Part shown: positions 36,801 through 51,273 of the stretch, piece by piece
How the letters are laid out: each line of letters starts with the position of its first letter
How positions within the stretch are numbered: position 1 is the first letter of the stretch
Notes under the pieces: model-generated
What the model saw: only the letters and a program-made list of their open reading frames with translations
Told to the model about the DNA's origin: nothing
The model's database searches: none
NCBI RefSeq assembly: GCF_003704095.1
Contig: NW_020846908.1
Span: 1 to 64,000, forward strand
DNA length: 64,000 nt
Reading direction: 5' to 3'
Source: Pocillopora damicornis
Lineage: Eukaryota
Made by a program: the position numbers and the translations under genes

Positions 36801-39800
36801 GTAGGGTGACAATCCAATGTCTGCTTATCAATATTCAGTCGCATTAGAGACAGAAAACTTCAAAGACTTGCATTTTTGTCATCATCAGCTGGAAAGGGGT
36901 ATATGGTTTTGAAAGGTTACAAATGGTATATGTTGGTTTGTTTGGAAAAGTTGAAGATCATTTTCCCATAAAACTAAATATAAAATGATAAAATAACAAA
37001 TTGTAATATCCCTTAATGATATTAATAGAACACCATACAGAAGCGTTTCAAGTATATTTATATTTTTTTTCGCTCTAATTAATATCTGGTTCATCTGGTA
37101 TGATTTTGCCCTAGGGAAACATTAAATCTAGCCAATTCTTGTTTGGTCCCGGCTTGAATAGCAATAATATTTTATTTTGGGATGATTTGTCTGCTGTTAA
37201 ATTAAAATTAGACGAGTGGTGTAATGAAAACACATCATGTCGTCTATTTCAATTCAATTATCATTTTAATAAAATGGTATCTCCTCTTTAGATTTTCAGA
37301 TAAATAGATATTGAAAATAAAAAAACAAAACAACCCATTAGCTATTGATTTTGTTTGTCATTTTTGATAACCGAGACTTTTCGTCCTATATTGATCAAGA
37401 TTGCATCAAATTTTGTCCGAATTGAAATAACGCAATTATAATTTCTTCACGGAAAGCGGATAACAAGTGAAAGTCGCATTACTCTCATCTCTGTTTCATA
37501 TTGTTGTCAGTTTATCTTTGATTAACTTTCATTGGCGCGCATATCTTCTCACACCGAGTAGAGAGAAAGAAAGTTATCCATTTATCCAAGAACAAAATGA
37601 ACCTGCAATTATTTCTGGATCAGTTATAAAAATTGATCAGAAAATAAAGTTATTCTGCACGTTTAAGTAAATTGGAATTCTAAAGTGCATTATTATGTTA
37701 AAAATGAAACAATAATTTCGAGTGACCTCAAAATTACTGAAGATATAGAAGACAAATTGTAAAACAGCATGCGTAAAAATCAACAATACAAGACATATTC
37801 GGTATTTTCCTTTCATTTTATATATATTCTTTAAAACTTGTTCAGTCTGCCTGATCCTAACCTTGTAAAAAATTACTATGAAAAAAGTGTTTGTACCGAT
37901 CTATTACACGTCGGCCTGTTCAATGAAATATCAACTTAAAAATTTTGTACATATCCTAAGAAATATAGCCTGTAATGATCTAACGTGTATAGGTTTGAAA
38001 TTTTATTGCAATCCACGTCCATTTACTTCTTTCTTACTTAATGTTACCTGTCAAGGATTTGCCTTCCGATTTTTTACTCTTTGAGCCTACATTCTAACCC
38101 CTAAGAAGACATAAATTAATGGAACTGGCAGAAATGATTTGAATAATCATGGAACTGCTTGCAGCATTTCAAGCTAAATACACTCACCTTATCACATAAA
38201 TAACTGAGCTGAACTGATAGAATCAAACAAAAAATCTATGTTTGGCGGAGCGTCGTAAGAAGAAGCACTGTTAAAGTCATGCCCTAGTTGAGCTGACTAA
38301 GGCTATAACTTCTCAAATCATCCAGCTTTCTGAGCATAGAAAGCGATGAAGACCCAGCTGTCTAATGGCAATAAGTTAATTGCCAACGAAAAAAAATACT
38401 GAAAATTGCAAACAAAGCCAAAAAAAAAAATTCCAACGAAACAGAAAAAAACAATATTAACTGTGTATGATGTGTGCAAATTTTAAATAAGAAACTTGAA
38501 AATCGTCATTAGAAACCAAGTTTTTTGCCTTTTTTGAATTACTTAGGAACTATTAAAACCAAGAGAAAATAATGAGACCATTATCCTCGCCTGAGGTAAC
38601 CATTAACTTTCTTATCACTAAAACCCTGGATGACCACTATTTCATAGAGAGCTTATGTCATCAGTACAAAGCATATCCCAGAGAACTCAAACACGGTGTC
38701 CTAATTGATTATAATTATCTGTTGGCTACAATGTAAGAAACATTTGAATAATGCATCATTTAGTCTCAATTTACACCTGTGGGTACCACTCGAGTTTCCT
38801 AAAGAAGTGTAAAATTTCGCTCAAATCAGGTTCAGTCAACGGTCCAGTCTTGGAGTTGCAGCATTTGGTCAGCGGCTTTATATACAGCTGGCCAAATTTG
38901 ATTTATGTTATACGATTTTTTATTATTCCGGAAAACATATCAGTAGCTTTCGCTGCAATAAAGGAACACTGTATTCTGCATTGTTATATTGCTTTTAACA
39001 TGAAAAAGAGAATAGCTTACTGTTTGACTATCATTACAGTCTGTAACGCTATTAGAAAGAAATGCATCAGATTAATACAAAACAAAGATCCGTAAAAACA
39101 TATTTCCAACTTCACGAGAATAACTTTTCTTTTTTAAGGTGTCCTGACTGAAAAAAAAAAGTCTTCAAACATAAATTCATAACGCACCGTCTTATTTTAA
39201 TCTCGACTAAAAAATATAATTACTTATATTGTTTATGATCAGTGTGGCATGTTAGTCAAGTATTCTAGGTTCACATAATTTTAATTTAGCCACTTTTGTT
39301 TTTCGTTTACATTACGTTTTTCAGCCAATTCCAATCTATCAGAAATTCTATATTTGCTTTTCGATTGCATCTAACTGGCACAGCCCCTCGAAAATGAACA
39401 AAGTAAACACAGAAATGACACCCCCTATTCAGTATTCAAACTCCTTTGTTCAAACGATTAACAAGTTCTAATCTTCTAAAAGAAGTGATTTGACTACGCA
39501 TTTGTTGTTCGCTCCACTCCGCTGCTTTGCTGTCCTAATGCATCCAGTGAAAGCGCTGAAGCGAGACTGTCTTTAATATGAGGCTCATTACTCGCCAAAT
39601 GGATTAATCAAGATATGAGAAGACCACGAAACAGCCTCGCAGTATGGAACAACTTCCAGCTAGCTAGTAAATCGATGGCGCACAGAACTTACACTCAGAG
39701 ATCAAGATATGCTCAATAACGTTACAAGTAGGTAAATTTTATTGTAAATATGTTCGATGCTCCAAAGATATTCGAAGAGACAAAAATAGCCGAACTGGAT

Positions 39801-42800
39801 CAGTTAGCAACTAAACTGACGTTTGGTTGTTTATCAAACGTAATGCCAAAATGAATAGAGCTTCTCTGAATTTCAATGCGTTTTTAAGGGAGGTATTTTG
39901 ATCTGACAATCTACATTTCTTCATAGAATATGCCAAGTCCTCAAGATTCTTTAGTCTAGTGAATCTTACTCTTGGAGTCTAACTGAACGAAGTCAAAGCT
40001 CAAGTAGATAAAAATTGAAAACTGAGTGTCATGAAGTGAGCGGCACGGTGTGTGTTTTCAGAAGCTAAAGCGATGTTCATATGGCAGCTTTCATTCGTGT
40101 TTACTCGGTGATTAATTTATATTCGCTTTATGTGACAATCTCAGGTCTCTTGGAGACAAACACAGTCGTACACAACTTGCTCCAATCACACGTTTTAGTA
40201 TCCAGTTGTGATTAAAAGCTTTGAACATCGATTTGATGAGAGTGTACTTGTCATTTACCGGCAAAGAAAGCGTGGGAAGATTAGCTTAAACGAGCTTGTT
40301 CTGTGGCTTTTTCTGTGGTTTTCCTTCCTCATTTCGTTGTCATTGAGCAAGTATTTATGATGTCTACGTCACAGCAATATTTTGGAGTGGCAACAACCAA
40401 ATTCTTTTCCCCGGTAGAAATGCGCAATCTGAGGTTTATACGAATGCCGTTGTTTCAACTGGCCTTTTTCAACTTGTGAATTTCTTGTCATTTTCGTAAA
40501 AAGGGATTTTTATTTTCCATGAGACGTAGAAGAAATCTGTTTGCTTGTAAACAATGGGTGAGCGCAGTCAGTTTGGTCAAGCATCATGTGTGTTTGTTCC
40601 CCTTGAAAATGTTCCTAGTTAGAGTTGTCAAGTTGGCAAGGATCGCTGTACATACTCTAACAGATCTCATTCAATGATAAATTACCCGTCCAATATCGTT
40701 AAAAGTAAACCAAGAAAACAAGAAGTACGATTTCGCCGCTAGCTTGCAAACGTTTCCATAACAATTTGCATCTTAAATGAATGCGAGTGATCTTCGAAGG
40801 AATGTGGGCTGCGTGTTTTGTCGAGCTAGCGCTCTTAAGTGAGTTGAATTACTCGGAAGCCAAATGAATTCCATTAAATAATTTCACCATTTTCTTTTAT
40901 TTTATAATCATTCTATGAATATCTCCTGAAAAAAAGCCAACATTTTAACCCATAAGATTCCGTAACTTTTTCTCCGTGTGGGTTTCAAGTTGTAAATGAG
41001 CCATTTAACCCTTGAAATACGATTTAATTTGTTTAAATTGTTTCGTCATGTTTGAGCAACTCCAGAAAATGAACGCACAGAGAACTAAAGATTCATCTCT
41101 GTGGGATGCAGACCGATATCTCGTCGAGAAAAACAATTGATAAATGCTTGAGACTGAGCCTTTTGCGTTAAAATACATTTGGTATTGTGTGATGGAGTTG
41201 TATCCCGGTGTTTTAATACTCAAAGCGGAATACGGCTTAGTAATGGTTCGATTCTTTCGCTGACTCAATCAGGGCAAAGCTTTCCCAGTCACGAAAATTG
41301 TCAGCCCATGTTAACTATACTCCAAACAATATTAATCGTGTTACTTGGTGCTTGTTGTCGTCAGTTTTCCTAACTCCTGCTTGTTAATGTTCTGTTAATT
41401 AATTCATTGTGATGAATTCTTTCGTATTTCATATGATTTATGCTCGGTCTTTATTTATTTTGTTTAATAAGTTTACAGTTTTAGTTTTACAGTTTGTGTT
41501 TTCATGTAGAAGTTACAGTACTGGACTCTGTTCATAGCCACGCATGCGCGGTTTTCTCTCGAATTTTAGCGTAATGATACATTTGAAAATTTGCACTGAT
41601 TGTTTTGTGCAAATAGATAGCAAGCACTTTATTTAATTACTTAAAACATAAGCCTCGTAATTTACTATCATGGCTCAAGATCATATGCCACTTGTTTAGA
41701 TTTTATCAGTTATACAAAGCCATTATTTCTAAGGCTCAAAGACGGGCAACAACCCTGGTAATAATTGATATTTTACAAGATATGTTCATCAGGACTTCAA
41801 ATGCCTTCCACTGGCATTGATTTAAACAGCAATCAACAGCTTAGAACTGCCTCTATTAGCTGTTAATAGTCATGTCGATTAATTAATAGTTTAGGTTTTA
41901 AAACATAAGCCTATCCAAAAAACAGGCACGACATACAGAATTTTTAATTCAATTAATGTAATTAAAAATTTGAATGCAAACTAGTGTCTCAGAGACAAAA
42001 CAATGTATTATGGTTTTGAACCACGCTGCAATCGGCCTTTAGACCTCCCACATCGCCGGCTTTTCACTGGATGAAGCCTCGGCGCAATTAATTTACAATA
42101 ATAGGGATGTACAGCTTTTGAATGAACAATGAGGAACAAGAAGGTTTGCTTGTTAGTTAGGTGTAAATAGGGATAAAAAGTACATGTTGAATGACAGTTT
42201 CAGAAAAAAAAACATTGTCAAGGATTCTATGCCTCAGATATTGATCTGGGCGTTCAATTACTGACTTGGCCCCCAAGTTACCAGCGCTTCTCTTAATGTA
42301 AATATCCTGAAATCAGCAGAATGCAACTTTTGTAAGTTCTTAGAGAACGCTGAACTGTTGAAGCAGGATCTAAAATATGTTACATGACTTGATTAGTACA
42401 GAAACACCCCTGTGATGAATCTCTATAAAGAACGGGATCGTCACGACTTCTCGATGAAAATTGTTTTTCAATTCTTACAATCCTAGAAGATTAAGAACAT
42501 TATTCTGTAGCGCCAATGTGCAAGGATTCGGCTGATAACTTGATGCTGAGTTAAAACTGTCACAAACTACCAAAAGGGAAATTAAGGACGTTTGGGTTAC
42601 CATACACAACAGACCGTTCGGAATGAAATTAGACCACGATTTCATAGTGTTTGCCGAAAACCATCACAGCCGCTTACAAAATCTAAAGATTTAACATTAT
42701 TTTGCAGCTAATCAACATTTTGTGTTTTGGTCTCAAAGATATAGCCTTAACCAAGGTGTATAACTTGTATAACTGCAGATATGAAATGCGGTTTACACCA

Positions 42801-44539
42801 TATTACAAAAACATGTGGCTTCCTACAGCGACAGGACAAGACATCTTGAAAGCTGCGACAAGCAGGTGTCTTCTAAATGTGAATAGAAAAGAGACTTTAC
42901 TTGAGCACGCATCGATTTTTTTTCTACACAATTTTCGAGATTCTAACCAGAAAAACAAACAGCTTTTACCGTTAATATTCCTAAAAATAACCTTTAATCC
43001 TTTTAGTTAAGAGCATAATGGCTTACCATTTTTTGTCCTAACTTATTCCAGATCATCATTCTTATGTAAATATTAATAGTTACTAAGACAATAGACAATA
43101 CCTCAGCCACTACCGCTTAGATTAAAACTTACACATAATTTATGGCTTATGGTCTCATTTTGGATAAGTCGACTTAACGTTCTGAACGTTTTTCTTTATA
43201 AATCTTTCTTGGTTACAGCTGTAAATTGCAGTGTCGTATTGGTTAGGAATCCTGCGTTTTTGTTATGTAAGGTATGCAATATTTGGTTAATAATGTTCTG
43301 AACCGATTCTTGTGAGTTCACACGTTAAATACTTTCCGGTCCAGTTTTAGTCAATGAAAGAGTTAACGTAGCAGCAGCGGGCCGAAATTGACCGTAAACA
43401 CCGTTTTTAATCAGCCATACTTAAAAAATATATATAGCATTTGACATAATATTCTTGTTACACTACACACTAAGCGTACTTCAATAATTCAGCAAACTTG
43501 ACTTGATTCTCGACTTCGCTGTAAGCTACTTAACTTTACCATTCACACTGTGTCCGACCTATATTTTCTTGACCTTAGAGCCGTGTGAGATTAAGGTAAT
43601 CAGGCCAAAAAGTATTGGAAATTACTCTTCAGCCGCGGAGTTTGTGAGTCCCTTTATGCAGATTCCTTTTGGTAAATAATTTAGCCGACTAATGGATTCG
43701 TTTTATGGATCATCATTGCCTCAAGGACTACAAGGAAGAATCCAACCGAATTCAGTCGTCTTAAGATAACTCGTCCATGCAAATATCATTGTCTAAAATG
43801 AATCCATGCCTTGAGGTCTCTAGCACTGCCTTTTCATCTCTTGAATATTTAACGCCGCCAAAAGCTAAACTTCATAAATATTGAATGGATTTCCTTTCCC
43901 TTCATCAGTTTGGGAAACAAAATTAGCATTATGTTGTTCCGGAAAAGGTAATAAATTTACCATGAATTCGTTCAAATTCTTTCTTCTTCAGAACTCTCAT
44001 TGGTTTGTGGTGTTCGTACATATACCAAAGGATAAAATTTGAAATTTCGGAGTTTAGACAAAATAAAGAGTTAGAAGCCTTTTGATATCGATAACGAACT
44101 GTAAACCGCATAAAGTGAGACAAATTGAAAATTAAATAAAAAAAAAAATGATTATTAATAAGAAGTAAGAATTGAAAACAATTGTAGTCTAATTTTATGG
44201 CTAGGGCAAGGAAAACAAGTGACAACATAGTGTTTACAAGATATTCTTTAGTATTTTTTTCTCAATTTTTATCTTTTATTTTGATGGTTGGTTTTATTTA
44301 CTAGCTGTTCCCATCCTGCTGTTCTTATTTTCATACTAGTTCTCTTATATTTTAAGTTTTCTTTTAATTAAGAGGTGTAAATGCAGATCAATATCCGAAT
44401 AGATGGAAATATTACCAACGGAAGTTATTTGTGTAACAAGCGTAATGTGGCTTATATTGGCTTGCTGAAAAGTTAAAGCCCAAGGCTAAATAAACACTAC
44501 TTGATCAGTCTTAACAGCCTTAATATCTATTCCTTATCT

Positions 44540-44720
44540 TGCTCGTTCGTTCTTTCGTTCGCCAGCGCGGGTTCGTCTGTTCGTTCTTTCGTTCGTCAGT
44601 GGTTTGTTTGTTCGTTCTTTCGTTTGTCAGTTGTTCGTTCTTTGTACTTTCGTTCGCTAGCCGTTCCTTCTTTCGCTCCTTTGTTAGTTCGTTCTTTCGG
44701 TTTTGGTTCGTTTGTTGTTT
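44540..44720. repeat. Degenerate (TTCG/TTTG)n simple repeat
   Basis: Runs of gttcgttctttcgttcg. These explain the three overlapping low-complexity ORFs. Confidence 0.85.
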
Positions 44721-47700
44721 CACTGATTAATTGATTCTTTTCTCGATTTGGTTATTTTTCATCTTTGTATGAATGTTTGTATGAATAAATTTATTCATTT
44801 GTTTATTTAGTAACACTCGTATTACTTACTCGTTTATTTGTTTTAAATGTGTTTGTATTTCTGACTGATCTTAATTATTTTTCATGATCCCATCTTGAAT
44901 ATTGTGCACAGTCTTTGAGGCGCTTTTAAACCTTTAAATTTATATTGTACCATAGCAATTTATTTAGACCTGTCAAAAATCTCCTTCAGGTCCTTCATGT
45001 TGTATTACTGTGACGGATTCATGGAGCCATGCGTAGCTGTGTCTCTGTTATCGTCATGTTAGGGTCACTGGTAGAAATAATGTCATGGCACTTTTATGAA
45101 AGGGGCTCGGTAATGACTATTAACCTATATCCAACCAATCAGCGACAAGCACTAGTGGTGAGCAGTGACATCATCCATATGGACACGAGGTTTGTTTCAT
45201 CTGTGGCCAAAAGTATTTGCCCTCAAACTGAAATGCGGAGCGAAACCGAGAAACAGTTTAACTAAATTGCACGAGACATTTATTAATTTGTTTCGATTTC
45301 AATAGGAAGTGAAAAAATTCATTGTGATCCACAATTTAGCAATTAGCAATTCTTTCCTGTACGTGATGTACAGTTTTACGTAAATTTGATAGTTAAATAA
45401 ATTTTTCTACATTACGATAACGCCCATAGTCTAGCTGATTAATCTGTCTGTTTTCATAACCTTTTGGCTGGATTATGCATTTTAAGAAGAAGCCATCCTT
45501 TATTCATTTCTAATTGATACACCTAATACCAGTAACTTCGTCATAGAAAAAATTAAAAAGAAAATACGGAAAAGCGAAATTCGAATTAATGAGCTTATAG
45601 CATGGATAAGCATACGGCATGAAGAGATAGGGATGTATTTTAATTTGTGGAGTTGATAAAAATTTCCAAACACCAACTGATACTCTTTCGAAGTTTAAAT
45701 AGTTTTTCAGTGGAGATTCTGTGAAAAGTTTTCGACTGCTGGGCATAACCGAACATATATGATAAAAAGATACGGCGATTGAGGAAATAGATGACCAACA
45801 GGATGGTAAACAAAGTCGCGTGATCTCGGCGAACGGCTAAGTGCATGATTAGCCTTTTTTATTTCATGAAGACTGTACTAAGAAGCTATAAGAAACTTTC
45901 TGCTTTGCGTCTTTCAGCTAGTTTTAAGATGGCAGCAAGTTACTTTAGATGTACAATTTTGTGACCTTTTTAGGGACGAATGGAAACTTTCAGTAGAAAG
46001 TACTAGAGTTGCATGATTAGTTTTGAATCACTTCAGAAGATTCACTTTTCAACACCCACGCTGTCTGCACGACGCTGTCCGAAAAACGGCTGTTAATGAA
46101 AATATTCAAAATACGAACGCCAGAGCGGAAACCAAGACCTCTACATGCATCTCACAGTTAAGATTTGGGGGCGATGTTTTGTCTGCGACAGAGATGATCA
46201 TTTATAGCATATATTTTTTATAGCAAGAATAACAATTGCCCGGAAAAAAGAGTCAAACAAAAATATTTCTTCTTAGAGAAGGTCAGAAGCTGTCGTCAGT
46301 TACTTGGTAACTTTTTTTCTCAATTTACGCAGAAAAAATATCAAGGTAACGCGAGTTATAAAACGAGAGTTTTGGGCACCTTCTTAGAACATGATGACTA
46401 AAGTTAAAAGGGCCTTATCATTTATTCATTGAGTAGTTACCTCCGCTTCTTTCTAGATGTTGCTTTACAATAGAGAAATGCCAAGGTGGAGACAAAGTTC
46501 ATGAGCAGTGTCAACAAAATCACGAGACATTTGATCAACTGCTCGAGGATTACACAAAAACAGGTACGAACAATGCACACAGTCCAGTAAGGCGGCGAGT
46601 AATGCCCATGTTGGTGATACTTTTCTCTTTGCTTTTCATCAGAAAAATTAATCTTGTATGTAGAGGTTTTGAGATGATGTTTTCGCTGAGTATACAAAGT
46701 AAGTGATCCGTCCTTCATGATACGTTCAGCCAGTGGAGTCAGTCAAACATTTTTGCCATAATCCTTAAATTATTCATAACTTGCCAACGAATTCCTGACT
46801 AACAAATTCGTTTGAAAAGGTACTAGATAACATCTTTTAAACTTGCCTGCCAAGAAAAAATTAGCATAAAGAATAAGTAACACATGTATCAACTCAATCA
46901 AGCAGATTATTACAGCTCACGGACAGAGTAGTTTGCCCTATTGCCAGTAAATCTTGGAGGTCTTCATTTCGTTTTTCACCTTCGCTGATCAAGTCCGAAA
47001 GGACGACTTGAGAATCCGATGGTGGCGGAATGAATCTTTTCTGATAAACAAGATACATACAGACCGTGATATAAAGTATAATAGCATGCTAGCCTGAACT
47101 TCGGACAGTCAGGAAACCACGAATTTTTCATTGCGTGAATAAAATAACAAGAGTCACGCCACCGTCTGAATATCAAATGGCAGTCTGAGTAATTATGCGA
47201 GCTCAGAACAGTAGTAGTAGTAAAAGTAAAAGTAATAATACCAAAACAGTTGATGTTGGGATGGTATTCCACTGGGATTTGTCGTGAGATGGAGCGTTAG
47301 GTTTAAATAACCAATGGCCTCTGAGCACGATAGCACAGGTGACAAAGTGAACGTGTTTCTTACTGACGCGGATCAAAGGGCTTGATAGACACAATGCGTC
47401 TTTCAGGTTCATTTATCAGGAAGTAACTTCAACCGTGTGATGTAAGAGAAATGTTATTGACGGACAGATGTTATACCGTTGTTGAATAAACATATAGAAA
47501 CTTCTGGAAACTTACTTCCATTTAAGCTGTGAAAAAAAGTCAATTTTCTGGTTAAAATTACAAAGGCTAAATATGATAAAATATAAAAAGGAAAACAAAA
47601 CAAAAGGAAGCAAAACTAAACAGGATCTTTTCTAGTAATAGAAAAGCGACAACAACTTGATAAGACGTAAAATGCATATAAGTGAGAAGCTCTAAGATAA

Positions 47701-48042
47701 ATATCGTCATAATCTCTCCATATGATTTTTGCTGGGGTGTATATCCTTAACCCGCCTTGCTATCGTTTTCATGATTATCTCTGGAAAAGAAAACCGCAAA
47801 AGTAGTCAGGAAATGCGCCCGTCTGATAAAAATCGCACTTTTTTGTATATGAATAAATATAAAGAATGGGAGTTTCTAGGCTTAAAGTTCCAACATGGTG
47901 AATTAGAATTTTTCTTTTCTGCTATGAGTACAATTTGAGGATGTATGGGGCAGCCTGGTCTTGATTATTTTTTCTTCTTCTTTTCTAAGGTTGTGACATT
48001 TTCGAGTTCCTTCCAGGATCTCGACTAATTACGGGTTTACTT

Positions 48043-50164
48043 ATGGATGGATCAAGAACAATTTTGAACGGAGCAAAGTTTGCATCTCGTCTTCACTTGG
48101 AGAACGTACTACTGAATCTTTTGCTTATATTCTTCGTTAATGTATTACTAAAAAAGAACATTATTTCTTTGGAATTACAAGTCATAACAACAGCGATTCT
48201 TCAGTGGGAAAATGCCCAAGCAACTCTTTCACCAACGCCGTCATATACGCTTTCATCAAGTGCGCACATAATCAAACCCTCGCCGCCAGCTAACAATTCT
48301 CTCTCAAGTGAAACATCTCAAGGGAAAAATCAATTGAATTCACAAACGGCAGCTGTCACAGAAAGTGAGTATTCACAAGGTAAGGTTACCCTCTTACCAA
48401 TAAGTTTCGGGGCCAAATATTGCTTAATGAACCACATCTACACCAAGCAAGTCTTATATGTTTTTTATTGTTTCTTCACTTATTCCTGACGAAACGTATT
48501 TACGTAGAAGTCTTTAAATGTCACGTCTTCGTTTATTAGTCTACTCGCCTATTGATTTATCATTCAGTTATTTATTCTTGCCCTTTACGTTTGCTTACTC
48601 GCCAACAGTTAGGCATGAAACATTTCAGACACTAAATTTGTTTGGGGTTGAAGAAAGAATAAATGCAGGTATGATTCAAAATCTTAAATTCACGACGCCT
48701 AAGGCGCGGACAGCCAGTCTGGAGCAGAATTTGAGACTAATTTTCTTTACTCCCATATTTTTTGTTTGGCGTTTGTTGTCCCAACGTCACTAACTTTTTA
48801 ATTAAATTAACTGACGCAGGAACCAGGGTGAATGGGCCTTCAGGGCATTCTTTGCTGTGCAAAATTAAAAAAATCTGTGAGTAGTGATTAGATTTTAATC
48901 TTGGCACAACTTACCCTCCTAACTGCCCTCGCCAGTCCCTCAGGCTATTAAAATAGACCGTCCATGAGGTATTTTTTTTTGGGGGGGAGGGAGTGGTGCG
49001 GGTGAAGGACAAAAACCATCATCGACCCAGGATTTAGTAAACAGTTTAATAGAGAGTTGTTCTTTGTTTATCTTGGCAGGAACTTGTGATGAAGATTGGA
49101 TTCACGAGGGAGATTTATGTTACAGAATTGTTAAAGAACTGAGACAGTTTAATCACGCTGAAAGATTCTGTGAGATGAACTCTGCTCATTTGCTATCAAT
49201 TGCAAACAAAGAAGAAAATGATAAGATTTTTGATTTAGTTAAGAAGTTTTTAGGTCCACCTGGTAAAATTAAAATATGGCTGGGGATGGAAAGGCTATCT
49301 TCTGATTCAGAACTCCATTGGATTGATAAAACACCAATCACTTTTAATAACTGGGCACCTGGAGAGCCCGATAAGAACGGCGCATGCGTGCAAATGATTC
49401 ATAAGGGATGGTGGGAAGATGCTTCATGTGTCCAACGACTTCCGTCCATCTGTAAGAAAGGTGAGTATCTCATTTTTTTCAAAAGTTCTCCTTTTAATAA
49501 CATAACTTAAAATATTTATAATTTTTTCTTTTTTTTTTTTTTGCCTATAGGTAGCAAAGAGAATCTGCCTTACTCCAGAGCTACAGAGCTTGGGATCCTG
49601 ATCGGCATTCCACTCACGTGCTCTGCTATTATGTTATCAGTGGTAGGTGTGCTCCTCGTCAGAAGCATTTACGATTCAGAAGGAACTTACTACGGATACG
49701 GAAAAAATCGTAACAAGGACAAATTACACTCCTGCCTTGTCACCATGACAACGAGCATTGCACATGTCTCAACTATGGGGTATAATGACGAGAGACGATT
49801 CAGTGAGACAAGTATAAGGTCTAATCATTCTGCACAATCTTCGCGCTCCCATGCTAATACTCATGCCGCTGATCATTCTCGCGGTAACTCCATCGTGGAA
49901 GCTCCGGAAATAAAAATCACTCCAGAGACACCTGAAGCAGAAAGACGATTTGAGGCCAGAGTATTTGCATCTTCTAGCACGAGTATTGAGCAAGAAAGGT
50001 TTCAATCAACCACAAGCCTAGAGAATCTGCTGTCGAGGAAGTATATCAAGTCTAAAACTCGCCGATTACGTTCATTACGTAAGTCAGAAGCTGTTGTTAC
50101 ACCCGCTGGGCACGACGGGAAATATACAAAGAAAGAGGACCAATTTGAATTTTATGAAATCTAG
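48043..50164 (+). CDS. Type-I transmembrane C-type lectin domain protein (~443 aa)
   Basis: Exons 48043-48379, 49080-49460 and 49551-50164 (phase 1/1). Hydrophobic N-terminal stretch, S/T/P-rich region, CTLD (CDEDW..CY, C...HLLSI..EEN, WLGM, W.D, NWAPGEPD..CV..WED..C..SICK), TM helix LGILIGIPLTCSAIMLSVVGVLLV, and a ~165-aa tail. The exact N-terminus is uncertain. An acceptor at 47989 implies upstream UTR exons. Confidence 0.88.
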
Positions 50165-51154
50165 TTCTTAACTAATGGTAAGAAATTTTACTTAACTTAG
50201 AAACGTTTGAATCAATGACATATGGACGAGAGCATCTCGATGTTGTATACAATTTTTTGTCATTTTCGAATTCATTGGCTATGTGGCTCATCAGTTTGCA
50301 GTCAGTTTCACTGTATGCCGGTTGGTGTGGAGACTTTTCCACAAGAGAATGAATTGATGCGATGGCAAACTCGAAAAAATGATATGTTGGGAACATTGTT
50401 ACGTTCACCTAAGCTGTATCACCTAAACTGTTATGAACTGCGATAAGCTTTATTTCTGTCTATAGCAGTTGTGAGTCGCTTTATTAGATAACGATAAATT
50501 TAATATTTATAATGACTTAGGTGCCTTAATTGGTCATCTATGGAAATTTAAAACACATTTTACATAAAAGAAACAAACTATTAAATTCAAATATCTATTC
50601 TTGGTAAAGGTTTCATTTCAAAACCTTTCCTAACCTTAAGCAACTAGTTTGAAATTTACATGGATGTCGTAGCTGCGCTATATAAAGCTAATCTTTAAGT
50701 GCCAATTGTTCATTAAATCATCCATTTTTGCTAGTGATAGGTATTTTGGTTCGCCTTTTCAAAAGAAAGTTCAGCATCTGGTGTCAATGATGAAACATTC
50801 CGATAGAGCTATCCAAAACTTATCCAACACAATCTGTGTTTCTCAGGAAACTGTTCAGAGACAATTTCTTTTTCTAAATAGGTTTGCTATGATAGTGACA
50901 CTCTGTTAGGACACTCTAATTATTTTTATAGTTAAGATCACAAATTAAATACAATTTTGTAAGTTAAAAAATAAAACGCACCAGAAGCAAGGTATCAGCG
51001 TCAGTACTGTGCCTCTTGTCATATTCCGCATACAGAGAACTAACCGATCTCAGGAACAGTAACCTTTCAAACGGGGAGCCGGATATGACAGCGTTTAGTC
51101 ATGCAGCGCTTGTGCGCAAACAAAAACTCAGCTGTGTATTAATTTACAATAGGC

Positions 51155-51273
51155 AGGGCCAAGTCACTCGAAGGACATATAAACTTTTCCAACAAGTAAA
51201 TCGCCATTCACTGCGTAATCCACTGAATACAGATTTATCCACAGGATAGCGTTATCCACCCCTCGAACAACCG
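51155..51273. mobile_element. Decayed MITE of the (atccac..ggata) subrepeat family
   Basis: gatttatccacaggatagcgttatccacccctcgaacaaccg terminus (family recognised from memory). The left arm is degenerate. Confidence 0.5.

Noticed and set aside
36690-36816. GC-rich foldable island, considered as an HDV-like ribozyme or ncRNA (ggggatgt/acatccct pairing, hairpins)
   Set aside because: I could not build the P1/P3/P1.1 nested pseudoknot. The minus strand (gaattcttggtagggatgtgcc) resembles a common coral MITE terminus. An Infernal/Rfam scan would settle it.
44501-44734. Three overlapping ORFs
   Set aside because: Artefacts of the degenerate TTCG repeat.
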